DNA of 63,853 nucleotides, filler included, from Octopus bimaculoides (Eukaryota), in the NCBI RefSeq assembly GCF_001194135.2. It is 7 parts of 7 records of this genome, joined end to end, with 100 filler letters (N's around TTAATTAATTAA, not from the genome) between each part and the next. Parts side by side here need not be neighbours in the genome. Positions count along the whole stretch, not along the records: positions 35,479 to 51,765 come from NC_068992.1; positions 51,866 to 58,730 come from NC_068998.1; positions 58,831 to 60,876 come from NW_026301739.1; positions 60,977 to 62,728 come from NW_026410507.1; 3 more parts are not named here. One strand, given 5' to 3'. Numbering within the stretch: the stretch's first letter is position 1; each line of letters opens with the position of its first letter. A program made the translations under genes and the position numbers. Shown piece after piece: positions 50,690 to 62,728 of the stretch. Below the pieces are notes generated by a model. It was not told where the DNA came from and did not search any database. It was given only the letters and a program-made list of their open reading frames with translations.

Positions 50690-51919
50690 NNNNNNNNNNN
50701 NNNNNNNNNNNNNNNNNNNNNNNNNNNNNNNNNNNNNNNNNNNNNNNNNNNNNNNNNNNNNNNNNNNNNNNNNNNNNNNNNNNNNNNNNNNNNNNNNNNN
50801 NNNNNNNNNNNNNNNNNNNNNNNNNNNNNNNNNNNNNNNNNNNNNNNNNNNNNNNNNNNNNNNNNNNNNNNNNNNNNNNNNNNNNNNNNNNNNNNNNNNN
50901 NNNNNNNNNNNNNNNNNNNNNNNNNNNNNNNNNNNNNNNNNNNNNNNNNNNNNNNNNNNNNNNNNNNNNNNNNNNNNNNNNNNNNNNNNNNNNNNNNNNN
51001 NNNNNNNNNNNNNNNNNNNNNNNNNNNNNNNNNNNNNNNNNNNNNNNNNNNNNNNNNNNNNNNNNNNNNNNNNNNNNNNNNNNNNNNNNNNNNNNNNNNN
51101 NNNNNNNNNNNNNNNNNNNNNNNNNNNNNNNNNNNNNNNNNNNNNNNNNNNNNNNNNNNNNNNNNNNNNNNNNNNNNNNNNNNNNNNNNNATATATATAT
51201 ATATATACAAGCATACACATAAATACATGTGTGTATATGTTTGTGTGTGTATATATGTATGTATTCATATATACATACATATAACATAGGGACACATATA
51301 CACAAACATACGTAAACAACTACGTACGTGCATGTGTGAGAGTGTTTAGCAGAGAGACAGAAGACAGAATGGGAAAAGGAGACACAGACAGAGAGAAGAG
51401 AGGATAAAGATGAAAAAGCCAGAGAAGGAAAACAAACAGAGAGAGAGAGAGAGAGAGAGAGTGAGAAGTAGAAAGAGAGAGAGAGCGACAGACAGGCAGA
51501 CAGACAGAGAAAGAATAAGGCTGCTATCGATAGCACGAAGTAAAATAAACTTCTGGGATTCACCAGCGTTTTCATGAACACTAACATCATTGGCAGATTG
51601 ACAGCGGTTACAACAATATTAACTTAAAACAACATCGACAGCGAATAACAGAAATATAACTGCAACAACAACAACAACAACCGTTTCACACATTGTATAC
51701 ACACCTGAAAGAAATATAAACCCCGCCACTCGTCAACATAACACGTATGTCTGTGTGAGTATATANNNNNNNNNNNNNNNNNNNNNNNNNNNNNNNNNNN
51801 NNNNNNNNNTTAATTAATTAANNNNNNNNNNNNNNNNNNNNNNNNNNNNNNNNNNNNNNNNNNNNTAATGATACTGACGATGATGATGATTACATGACAT
51901 GTGTGTGTATGTGTATCTC

Positions 51920-51950
<31 letters not shown>

Positions 51951-53486
51951 GTGTGTATGTGTGTGTGTGTGTGTGTGTGCATGTGTCTGTGTGTAGACAG
52001 GAGAATTATGAAAACCACAGAGCAGTGAACTAAACACAATAACGAGAGGTTTTAATCCTCCATGTTTTGGATTCCATTTCCACCAGTCCTCACATTATCT
52101 TTTAACTCTCTGAGATTCTAAGATAAACACAAGTTGATGTAGTTGCCAATTTTTAGCCCTAGGTTATCAAAAAAACAGCAGATATGTCATCGAAGTTGTC
52201 TTTGTCCTGACCATAACTTCCATGATTTATTTCAAACTCCGTGCTCCAGCTACCAGGATCGACCATGTATTTACACCTTGATAGTTCCTTTCTAGAATAT
52301 AGGCTTGGGCAAGTTTTTTTTTTCAAAGTATGGAAGTGTAGCTGTTACCCATATAAGAAGTCTCTCGTCTCCAAGCCATCAATATAATCTGTGGAAAGAG
52401 AAAAGGCTGATACATCTTGGTTCCAGCATTGGCACAGACTAAGTCAGAGCATAAACAGTTGACACAAAGACCATAAGACATTTTGTCCAAAATTCTCAGA
52501 ATTCCAACAATCCACTGCTTCTGGATTGAAACATTATTTTATCAACCCTGAAAGAACAGAAATCAAAGATGACTTTGAAAAGGTTTGAACTCATACTATC
52601 CACATATGAAACAAATGCTGCAATGCATTTCATCTGTGACTCTAACAATTCCACTAATGCATCATTCTTGATTGGTATTCTAAATAATGACCCTGGAAGG
52701 ATGGAAAGCAAAGATGACTTTGGTAAGATTTGAACTAAGCATGTCAACATATGAAACAAATATTATTATAGGTGCAGGTATGGCTATGTGGTAAGAAGCT
52801 TGCTTACCAACCACATCGTTCAGGAGTTAAGTCAATTGTATCAGCCCCAGTACTTGACTGTACTTAATTTATTAACCCTGATAGCATGAAAGGCAAAGTT
52901 GACCTCGGCAGAGTTTGAACTCAGAGCGTAAAGACGGGTGAAATACTACTAGACATTTTGCCCAGCGTGCTAACGTTTCTGCCAGCTCACCATCTTAATG
53001 ATAACAAGAGCACTCAGAGAGCGCAAACCTCTGTCAAGGCAACACCAACGTCCTCTCAATGATTAGCCAGAAATGATTTTTAAATTAAGAATATCTGAAA
53101 TAAACTCGACTTCTCTCACAAACGAGAATACTAAAAATGAACCCGACCACTCTCAAAAATTAAGTTAAAAAAAACAGAAAAATAATCCAGAATTCTTATC
53201 TGCTACCAGATCGATCCCAAAATCTAATCCGTTTGTGCCAGTCACGAGGCCAAACATACCTGAAAGTTCCATCTGAATCTATCCAGCGGTTCTTAAGATA
53301 TCTTGTCCATAGACAAACAAACAAACAAACAAACAAACACGACTGAAAACAATACCTCAGCCTTTGCTAAGGCAGAGGAAATAATAATAATAATAGTAAT
53401 AATAATGATTTCAAATTTTGGCACAAGGCCAGTAATTTCAGAGGAGGGTGTAAGTTGGTTACATCAACTTCAGTACTCAAGTGGTA

Positions 53487-53892
53487 CAGGTAGGAGCGAC
53501 TGTGTGGTAAGCAGCTTGCTTACGAACTACATGGTTCCGGGTTCAGTCCCACTGTGCGGCACCTTGGGCAAGTGTCTTCTGCTATAGCCTCTGGCTGACC
53601 AAAGCCTTGTGAGTGGATTTGGTAGACGGAAACTGAAAGAAGTCTGTCGTATATATGTATATATATATGTGTGTGTGTGTGTGTATATGTTTGTGTGTCT
53701 GTGTTTGTCCCCCAAACATCGCTTGACAACTGATGCTGGTGTGTTTACATCCCCGTAACTTAGTGGTTCGGCAAAAAGAGACCGTTAGAATAAGTACTCG
53801 GCTTACAAAGAATAAGTCCTGGGGTCGATTTGATTCGACTAAAGGTGGTTCTCCAGCCACAGTCAAATGACTGAAACAAGTAAAAGAGAGTA
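53487..53892 (+). mobile_element. Full-length SINE-C nested inside a SINE-A
   Basis: Complete head-to-tail family C; the host SINE-A resumes at AACCTTGAAAGGATGAAAG. Confidence 0.9.
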
Positions 53893-54480
53893 ACCTTGAA
53901 AGGATGAAAGATAAAGTTGAGCTTAGTGGAATTTGAACTCAGAACGTAAGGACAGATGAAATGCCGGTAAGCATTTTGCCTGGTGTGCTAATGATTCTGC
54001 CAGCTCAACATCTTAATTATAATAATAACAAGAACAACAATAATAATAATGGTTTCTAATTTTGGAACAAGGCCAGTAATTTTGGAGAAGGATGTAAACC
54101 AATTACATCATCCCCAAGTGCTCAACTGGTACTTATTTAATCGACCCCGTAAGGATGAAAGGCAAAATCAACCTCTGCAGAATTTGAACTTAATGATAAC
54201 AAGTCAGGCATTTTGCCTGGTGTGCTAACAATTCTGCCAGCTTGACACCTTAACAACAACAACAACAATAATGATGATGATCTCAAATTTTGGCACAAGG
54301 CCAGCAATTTTAAAAGAGGAGTAAGCTGATTACATTGACCTGTGTTCAACTGGTACTTACAAAAGGATGAAAAGTAAAGTGGGCCCTTGGCAGAATTTGA
54401 ACTCAGAACATGAAGGTGGATGAAATGCCACCAAACATTTATGCCCAGCTTGTTAATGATTCTGCCAATTCATCTCCTAA

Positions 54481-54694
54481 CTCTTTTTTTTTTCTTTTTT
54501 CATGTTTCAGTCATTTGACTGCGGCCATGCTGGAGCACCATCTTTAGTCGAGCAAATCGACCCCAGGACTTATTCTTTGTAAGCCTAGTACTTATTTTAT
54601 CGGTCTCTTTTGCCGAACTGCTAAGTTGCGGGGACGTAAACACACCAGCATCGGTTGTCAAGCGATGATGGGAGGGACAAACACAGACACACAA

Positions 54695-54738
<44 letters not shown>

Positions 54739-54745
54739 ACACACC

Positions 54746-54781
<36 letters not shown>

Positions 54782-55102
54782 CGATGGGATTCTTTCAGTT
54801 TTCCATCTNNNNNNNNNNNNNNNNNNNNNNNNNNNNNNNNNNNNNNNNNNNNNNNNNNNNNNNNNNNNNNNNNNNNNNNNNNNNNNNNNNNNNNNNNNNN
54901 NNNNNNNNNNNNNNNNNNNNNNNNNNNNNNNNNNNNNNNNNNNNNNNNNNNNNNNNNNNNNNNACTCACAAGGCTTTGGTCGGTCCAAGGCTTTGGTCGG
55001 TCCAAGGCTATAGTAGAAGACACTTGGCCAAGGTGCCATGCAGTGGGACTGAACCCGGAACCATGTGGTTCGTAAGCAAACTACTTACCACACAGCCACT
55101 CC
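54481..55102 (-). mobile_element. Full-length SINE-C, partly in gap
   Basis: TGTTTCAGTCATTTGACTGCGGCCATGCTGGAGCACC...CTTACCACACAGCCACTCC. Confidence 0.9.
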
Positions 55103-55114
55103 TTAATAATAATC

Positions 55115-55158
<44 letters not shown>

Positions 55159-55519
55159 GGTTTCAAATTTTTCCACAAGGGCAGTAATTTGGGGGGAGAG
55201 GGTGAGTCAATTACAGCGACCCCATTGGTCAACTGGCATTTGTTTTATTGACCCCGGAATGATGAAAGCTAAAGCTGACCTCAGTGGAATTTCTTAATAA
55301 TAATAATAATAACCTTTCTGCTATAGGCACAAGGCCTGAAATTTGGTGGGAGGGTGTAAGTCGATTACATTGACCCCAGTACTCAACTGGTATTTAATTT
55401 ATTGACCCTGAAAGGATGAAAAGCAAAGCCAACCTCAGCAGAATTTGAACTCAGAACGTAGTGGCAGACGAAATACTGCTAACCATTTTGCCTGGTGGCA
55501 TGTTAACGGTTCTGCCAGC

Positions 55520-55727
55520 AATTACAACAACAATAACAATAATAAAAACAACTCTAATAACAACATTTATAATGTTACCAATAACAACAACAATAATAAT
55601 AACCATAATGTCACAACAACTACAATGATAACAGGAGGCACAGCAATAACAACTATAATGATGATGATGATGATAATAATAATAAGAAGAAGAATGATAA
55701 CAATAATAATAATAATAATAACAACAG

Positions 55728-55758
<31 letters not shown>

Positions 55759-55837
55759 AATAATAATAACAACAACAACAACAGCAACAACTACAACAAC
55801 AACAACAACAATAATAATGATAATAATAATAATAATG

Positions 55838-55869
<32 letters not shown>

Positions 55870-56335
55870 CTACATTAATTGCATAGAAAGTAATAACAAC
55901 AATGATAATAAAGACAATGTTTCCATAACAAACACCAATAACAACAACAACAACAATGTGAATAATCACAATATCATAATGTCAACAGAAGGTACCACAA
56001 TAGCATCAATAATGACGATGATGATGATGATGATGACTACACTAATAATAAAACAATAACGATAACAACTACAACAACAACAATAATAATAATTACAATA
56101 ATGGATGAAACAACTGTAACATCAATTACAGCAACAATAACCACAACAGAAGCACCATTAATAATATCTCAATAATAATGATGGTGGTAGTGGTGGTGAT
56201 GATGATGATAATGATACTACCTACACCAATAAGAACAACAACAATAAAAAGAAGCAAAGGCAATAACAAGAACAACAACAACAACAACAACAGCCACAAC
56301 AACAATAGCAAATGACATGACCAAACCAATAATAA
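55520..56335. repeat. Compound trinucleotide microsatellite (AAT/AAC/GAT/GGT)
   Basis: Directly visible. Confidence 0.9.
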
Positions 56336-58077
56336 CAGTTTGTTCTGATTCCGTTTAGGTTAAAGAGCTTAAAGAAAAACCCGCCCAGTACAAGAAGACG
56401 TGATAATTTATGTGTGTGTGTGAAGCAATCTAGCTAATGGTTGCTGTGTCTAAGAGAAAGTAATTATTCACTCGCTGTTTCATATGGAAACTGAACAGAA
56501 AGCTGATGCTTGGTTAGCAAACTGTGTGTATGTCTCTCTCGTCTCGAAACTGACTGAGGAGGATTATAACTGCATTTCAACCATTTTCGTGTTGAAATCA
56601 ATAGCCTCTTCTAACACTGTAACCAAGGTAACTCCGTATGAGACTCTTTCGTTACTATTGAATTGACCCAAAAGATGACATCGCCATTCTGGGAAACCAG
56701 CTTTGGTCTGTTAACGTTGTGCTGGCTCTCAACAAGCAATTTTTTCCTTCCTACATTGCTGAGGAAAAATACTTGTATTTTCCTTCCTTTTGTGATGTGG
56801 AGGTTGTGTGTTCTGTTTTCTTTTGTTTTGTTAGTAATTTAATTATTTGTAAGGGTTTTGAAGTTGAGTTGTGGGTTTAAATTAAGGGATTTTAGAGGAT
56901 TTTTTTTTTAATGTTATATTTCTTGTCAAATAAAATTTATTTTTCTGGCGTCTTTATCTTATGGTTATTTATTCAATTATTTTTTTGGCTGTGTATCCTT
57001 CACTTACTTTGGACAATTTTTAGATTCATGTTTATTATTTCTTTCTGTAAGTGCAGGAAAAAAAAGAAGACAAAGAAACTACAGAAATACATGCACACAG
57101 AAAAACTGCATAAATTAGTGCTGTTTACTCAGTAAAATATCGAAAACAAAAAAGCACCGTAAAAAAAAAAAACAAGCAAAAACAGGAAAAAAAAAAAAAG
57201 AAGACAGAGAAACAGAGAAAGAAAACAAAAATCTATCTGGGTTATAGAATCTTTCTTGAGATGTTTTAGCAACTTGTCAGAATATAGTTGAAATTCTCTG
57301 CTCATGAGATAGCTACCACAAAAGTACTAGACTCAAATAGTGGCACTACTGCCAGAGACAGAAGAAAAAAAAAAAATATGTTCGTTACCAAGGATACACT
57401 GCCAAAACTAAACCATNNNNNNNNNNNNNNNNNNNNNNNNNNNNNNNNNNNNNNNNNNNNNNNNNNNNNNNNNNNNNNNNNNNNNNNNNNNNNNNNNNNN
57501 NNNNNNNNNNNNNNNNNNNNNNNNNNNNNNNNNNNNNNNNNNNNNNNNNNNNNNNNNNNNNNNNNNNNNNNNNNNNNNNNNNNNNNNNNNNNNNNNNNNN
57601 NNNNNNNNNNNNNNNNNNNNNNNNNNNNNNNNNNNNNNNNNNNNNNNNNNNNNNNNNNNNNNNNNNNNNNNNNNNNNNNNNNNNNNNNNNNNNNNNNNNN
57701 NNNNNNNNNNNNNNNNNNNNNNNNNNNNNNNNNNNNNNNNNNNNNNNNNNNNNNNNNNNNNNTTTTTTTTTTTTTTTTTTTGGTTTTTTGGTTTTGAGTC
57801 AATCAAGTTTAGACTATATTTAATGACAGTTTACTGTAACAGTAATATTAAGCATATATGGAGAAGAATGTTATATAAAAGAAGCTATTTCTGAAGAACA
57901 AATATAATTTTGACACTTGTAATTTGTTTTTGAGATGGTTTACATTGAATTCAAGTCACTTTACTCTGTTTTGATTTCATTTGCTTTAGAGGGAAACATG
58001 AAATACCAATTTATTTATTTCATCCTCATTATTCAAAAATATGAAAAATAGCAATGGAAACTAATGGCATATGTATA

Positions 58078-58120
<43 letters not shown>

Positions 58121-58213
58121 TTATGTGTGGATGCATGTATGTATAGGTCTGTATGTATACATATATGTATCTGCATGTGTACATGTATGTGTGGATATGT
58201 AAGTGTATGTATT

Positions 58214-58245
<32 letters not shown>

Positions 58246-58394
58246 CATACTCACACACATATATGTATATGTAAATACATATATATATATATATACATAC
58301 ACACACACACATATATGTATATACGTATACACACACATGTATGTATGTATGTATAAATATGTGTGTGTGCTTGTGTGTATGTGTGTGTAATGCA

Positions 58395-58715
58395 AGGTAG
58401 CCACTATATGAGTGCAGGGTAAAGATGTTCACTTTGCAATCATGAGATTCCAGTTTCGAATCTACACAATGGTATCTTAGGCAAGTGTTATTTTCTAAAG
58501 TCATGAGTCTACACACGTACTTTGTGAGAGAAGATAGGGAAGGTGGAAACTGTGTAGAGGCCTCTCAAGTGGATTGTACCTGTAATTAAATGCTGATTCT
58601 GCCTGGGTATTATATCAAGACTGTACGTATCTGTAGAGTACTCAACCACTTACTCACTTATTCAATAAATCTGGTACTATTGTTGACTGGATAGCACAAC
58701 ACCTTTGGTTGGAAA
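58395..58715 (+). mobile_element. Old tRNA-derived SINE remnant
   Basis: Degenerate tRNA-like head, TCTTAGGCAAGTG CORE-like motif, B-family-like tail. Confidence 0.45.
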
Positions 58716-58830
58716 TTCTAAGCTCTGTTTNNNNNNNNNNNNNNNNNNNNNNNNNNNNNNNNNNNNNNNNNNNNTTAATTAATTAANNNNNNNNNNNNNN
58801 NNNNNNNNNNNNNNNNNNNNNNNNNNNNNN

Positions 58831-58863
<33 letters not shown>

Positions 58864-58896
58864 ATATATATACACATATATGTATATGTGTGTATA

Positions 58897-59645
58897 TCAT
58901 CGTCGTCGTTTTTTAACGTCTGCTTTCCATGCTAGCATGGGTTGGATGATTTGACTGAGGACTGGTGGAACCAGATGGCTACACCAGGCTCCAATCTGAT
59001 TTGGCAGAGTTTCTACAGCTGGATGCCCTTCCTAACGCCAACCACTCAGAGAGTGTAGTGGGTGCTTTTACGTGCCACCGGCATGAAGGCCAGTCAGGCG
59101 GTACTGGCAACGGCCACGCTCAAAATGGTGTATTTTATGTGCCACTTGCACGAGAGCCAGTCCAGGGGCACTGGCAGCGATCTCGCTGGAAAGTCCTTAC
59201 ACGCCATCACGATTTCGCTTTCGCTTGCCCCAACAAGTCTTCGCAAGCTGAGTTTCGTGTCCAATGAAGGAGACGACGTTGGCATGGGTGCCAGTCGTCG
59301 AATTTAACTCGATTTCGATTTCACTTGCCTCAACAGGTCTTCGCAAGTGGAGTTTAGTGTCCAATGAAGGAAGGTACGCATAAGTGGACTGGCTGAGGCC
59401 TTAGATTTAGGTCTCACTTGGCTTGCCGGGTCTTCTTACAGCATATTTCCAGTTGGAAGAGTTTCTACAGCTGGATGCACCACCTAACGCCAACCACTCA
59501 GAGAGTGTAGTGGGTGCTTTTACGTGCCACCGGCATGAAGGCCAGTCAGGCGGTACAGGCAACGGCCATGCTCAAAATGGTGTATTTTATGTGTTCCCCG
59601 CACAGGAGCCAGTCCAGGGGCACTGGCAACGATCTCACTTGGAAG
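58897..59645 (-). mobile_element. RTE 3'UTR copy plus an adjacent partial duplicate (59459-59645)
   Basis: Family D body to CTCACTTGGCTTGCCGGGTCTTC, then a restart at GAGTTTCTACAGCTGG. Confidence 0.85.
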
Positions 59646-60064
59646 TCCTTACATATGCTGCGGGCATATGTATATATATGTATGTATATAGATATACATA
59701 TATATATGCATGTATGNNNNNNNNNNNNNNNNNNNNNNNNNNNNNNNNNNNNNNNNNNNNNNNNNNNNNNNNNNNNNNNNNNNNNNNNNNNNNNNNNNNN
59801 NNNNNNNNNNNNNNNNNNNNNNNNNNNNNNNNNNNNNNNNNNNNNNNNNNNNNNNNNNNNNNNNNNNNNNNNNNNNNNNNNNNNNNNNNNNNNNNNNNNN
59901 NNNNNNNNNNNNNNNNNNNNNNNNNNNNNNNNNNNNNNNNNNNNNNNNNNNNNNNNNNNNNNNNNNNNNNNNNNNNNNNNNNNNNNNNNNNNNNNNNNNN
60001 NNNNNNNNNNNNNNNNNNNNNNNNNNNNNNNNNNNNNNNNNNNNNNNNNNNNNNNNNNNNNNNN

Positions 60065-60097
<33 letters not shown>

Positions 60098-60120
60098 GTA
60101 TATATTTGTTTATATATATA

Positions 60121-60876
60121 TATAAAATACAAAATGAGACAAGAATGCAAGACGTCCAGATAAACGATACAAAGAAAACAGGGATGGGTCATTCAGAGTT
60201 TTCTTTCCTCAGTTGAGTTCCAGATTATCTTCACAATTTTGGCTGGTTATAATCAAGATTGCTCCAATCTGGCCAGCCCCAAGGAATAACTAAGCTAAGT
60301 GCATTAGATTCCTTGGAAGAAAGCAGCGAATGTATATAAAAACAAGGACAGAAAAAACAGAGACAGTTACACAAATACAAATAATAGGACATAACAACGG
60401 GTGTCTTTCGACTAAGGACAAATTAAGCTGGTGTGTGTGGAAGTAAGGCCTTACGGCAGGGATACATGATTTCACAGGTACAGAGAAGAATATAGATGTT
60501 GCATGGACAACGACCAAACCAAGAAAGAAAGGTCACGCTTGGTTGAACACTGGTCATGTGGGGAGAGAAGAGAGAGAAGTAGAGGCAGAAGGACAGAAGA
60601 AATAAGGAGGGGCAAGAAAAAATGACAGGGACACAGTGAAGTGAAAAGAGGAGGGAAAGTCAGCATGAAGAGAAGGCAATGAAATGTGAGAGAGGGGGAA
60701 CGAAAGAACGAAGAGTGGAATGAACGAAATAAGCGCGAAAGAGCTGATAGAACGAAGAAAAGAATAAAAGCATAGTCATACAAGATTTAGATAATTATAT
60801 ACTTACATATAAGAGACCAAAGTGTACGTACGCCACTTGATATATATATATATATATATAAAAATACAAACTGGGA
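60121..60876. mobile_element. Probable PLE-type terminal repeat with the start of a second tandem copy
   Basis: TATAAAATACAAAATGAGAC at 60121 and TATAAAAATACAAACTGGGA near 60857; purine-rich body; family recalled from memory. Confidence 0.4.
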
Positions 60877-60976
60877 NNNNNNNNNNNNNNNNNNNNNNNN
60901 NNNNNNNNNNNNNNNNNNNNTTAATTAATTAANNNNNNNNNNNNNNNNNNNNNNNNNNNNNNNNNNNNNNNNNNNN

Positions 60977-62728
60977 AAAAGGAAGGGGTAACCAGAAACG
61001 AAGGAGTAACGAGAAACGAAGGGGTATCCAGAAAGGAAGGATAACCAGAAATGAAGGGGTAACCAGAAAGGAAGGGGTAGCCAGAAAGGAAGGGATATCT
61101 ACAAAGGAAGGGATAGCCAGAAAGGAAGGGATAACCAGAAATGAAGGGTAATCAGAAAGGAAGGGGTAAACAGAAATGAAGGGGTAACCAGAAAGGAAGG
61201 ATAACCAAAAAGGAAGGAGTAACCAGAAAGGAAGGGATAACCAGAAAGGAAGGGGTAACGAGAAAGGAAGGGATAACCAGAAAGGAAGGATAACCACAAA
61301 GGAAGGGGTAACCAGAAAGGAAGTGATAACCTGAAAGGAAGCNNNNNNNNNNNNNNNNNNNNNNNNNNNNNNNNNNNNNNNNNNNNNNNNNNNNNNNNNN
61401 NNNNNNNNNNNNNNNNNNNNNNNNNNNNNNNNNNNNNNNNNNNNNNNNNNNNNNNNNNNNNNNNNNNNNNNNNNNNNNNNNNNNNNNNNNNNNNNNNNNN
61501 NNNNNNNNNNNNNNNNNNNNNNNNNNNNNNNNNNNNNNNNNNNNNNNNNNNNNNNNNNNNNNNNNNNNNNNNNNNNNNNNNNNNNNNNNNNNNNNNNNNN
61601 NNNNNNNNNNNNNNNNNNNNNNNNNNNNNNNNNNNNNNNNNNNNNCCAGAAAGGAAGGGGTGACCAGAAACGTAGGAGTAACCAGAAAGGAAGGGGTAAC
61701 CAGAAAGGAAGGATTAACCAGAAAGGAAGGAGTAACGAGAAACGAAGGGGTAACCAGAAAGGAAGGAGTAACGAGAAACGAAGGGGTAACCAGAAAGGAA
61801 GGATAACCAGAAACGAAGGGGTAACCAGAAACGAAGGGGTAACCAGAAAGGAAGGGATAATCAGAAAGGAAGGGGTAACGAGAAAGGAAGGATAACCAGA
61901 AAGTAAGGATAACCACAAAGGAAGGGGTAACCAGAAAGGAAGTGATAACCTGAAAGGAAGCGGTACCCAGAAAAGTAGGGATATCCAGAAAGGAAGGGGT
62001 AACCAAAAAGGAAAGGGGTAACCAGAAACGAAGGGGTAACCAGAAAGGAAGGGATGACCAGAAAGGAAGGATGACCAGAAAGGAAGGATGACCAGAAAGG
62101 AAGGATGACCAGAAAGGAAGGGATAACCAGAAATGAAGGGTTAACCAGAAAGGAAGGATAACCAGAAAGGAAGGGATAACCAGAAAGGAAGGAAAACCAG
62201 AAAGGAAGGGATAACCAGAAAGGAAGGGGTAACCAGAAAGAAAGGCTAACCAGAAAGGAAGGGGTAACCAGAAACGAAGGGGAACCAGAAAGGAAGGGGT
62301 AACCAGAAAGGATGGGATAGCCAGAAAGGATGGGATAGCCAGAAAGGAAGGATAACCAAAAAGGAAGGGTTGACCAGAAACGTAGGGGTAACCAGAAACG
62401 AAGGAGTAACGAGAAACGAAGGGGTGACCAGAAGGGAAGGGGTAACCAGAAGGGAAGGGATAACCAGAAAGGAAGGGATAACCTGAAAGGTAGGGGTAAA
62501 CAGAAAGGAAGGATAACTAGAAATGAAGGATAACCAGAAGGGAAGGGGTAACCAGAAAGGAAGGATAACCAGAAAGGAAGGGGCAACCAGAAAGGAAGGG
62601 ATAACTACAAAGGAAGGGGTAACCATAATGGAAGGATAACCAGAAACGAAGGGGTAACCAGAAAGGAAGGATAACCGAAAAGGAAGGGGTAACCAGAAAG
62701 GAAGGGATAACCAGAAAGGAAGGGGTAA
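60977..62728. repeat. 17-18-bp purine-rich minisatellite, consensus CCAGAAAGGAAGGGGTAA
   Basis: Dozens of units directly visible; bounded by linker gaps on both sides. Confidence 0.97.

Larger units (their letters stand above)
52650..55520 (-). mobile_element. Dense cascade of about eight minus-strand SINE-A copies
   Basis: Copies near 52650, 52820, 53405+53893 (split), 54047, 54283, 55158 and 55312, separated by AAT/AAC tracts. Confidence 0.85.

Noticed and set aside
51620-51704. Acceptor followed by signal-peptide-like MCETVVVVVVAVIFLLFAVDVVLS
   Set aside because: Hydrophobicity comes from a (GTT)n tract, and the frame stops at once without a good donor.
56650-56762. Minus-strand frame RKKLLVESQHNVNRPKLVSQNGDVIFWVNS, faintly YWTD-like
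   Set aside because: The similarity is too weak, and no phase-compatible neighbouring exon was found.
60929-62626. ORFs of 240-330 aa with PSFLVT / GYPFLS repeats
   Set aside because: These are open frames of the minisatellite in several registers, and 17-bp units shift the frame freely.
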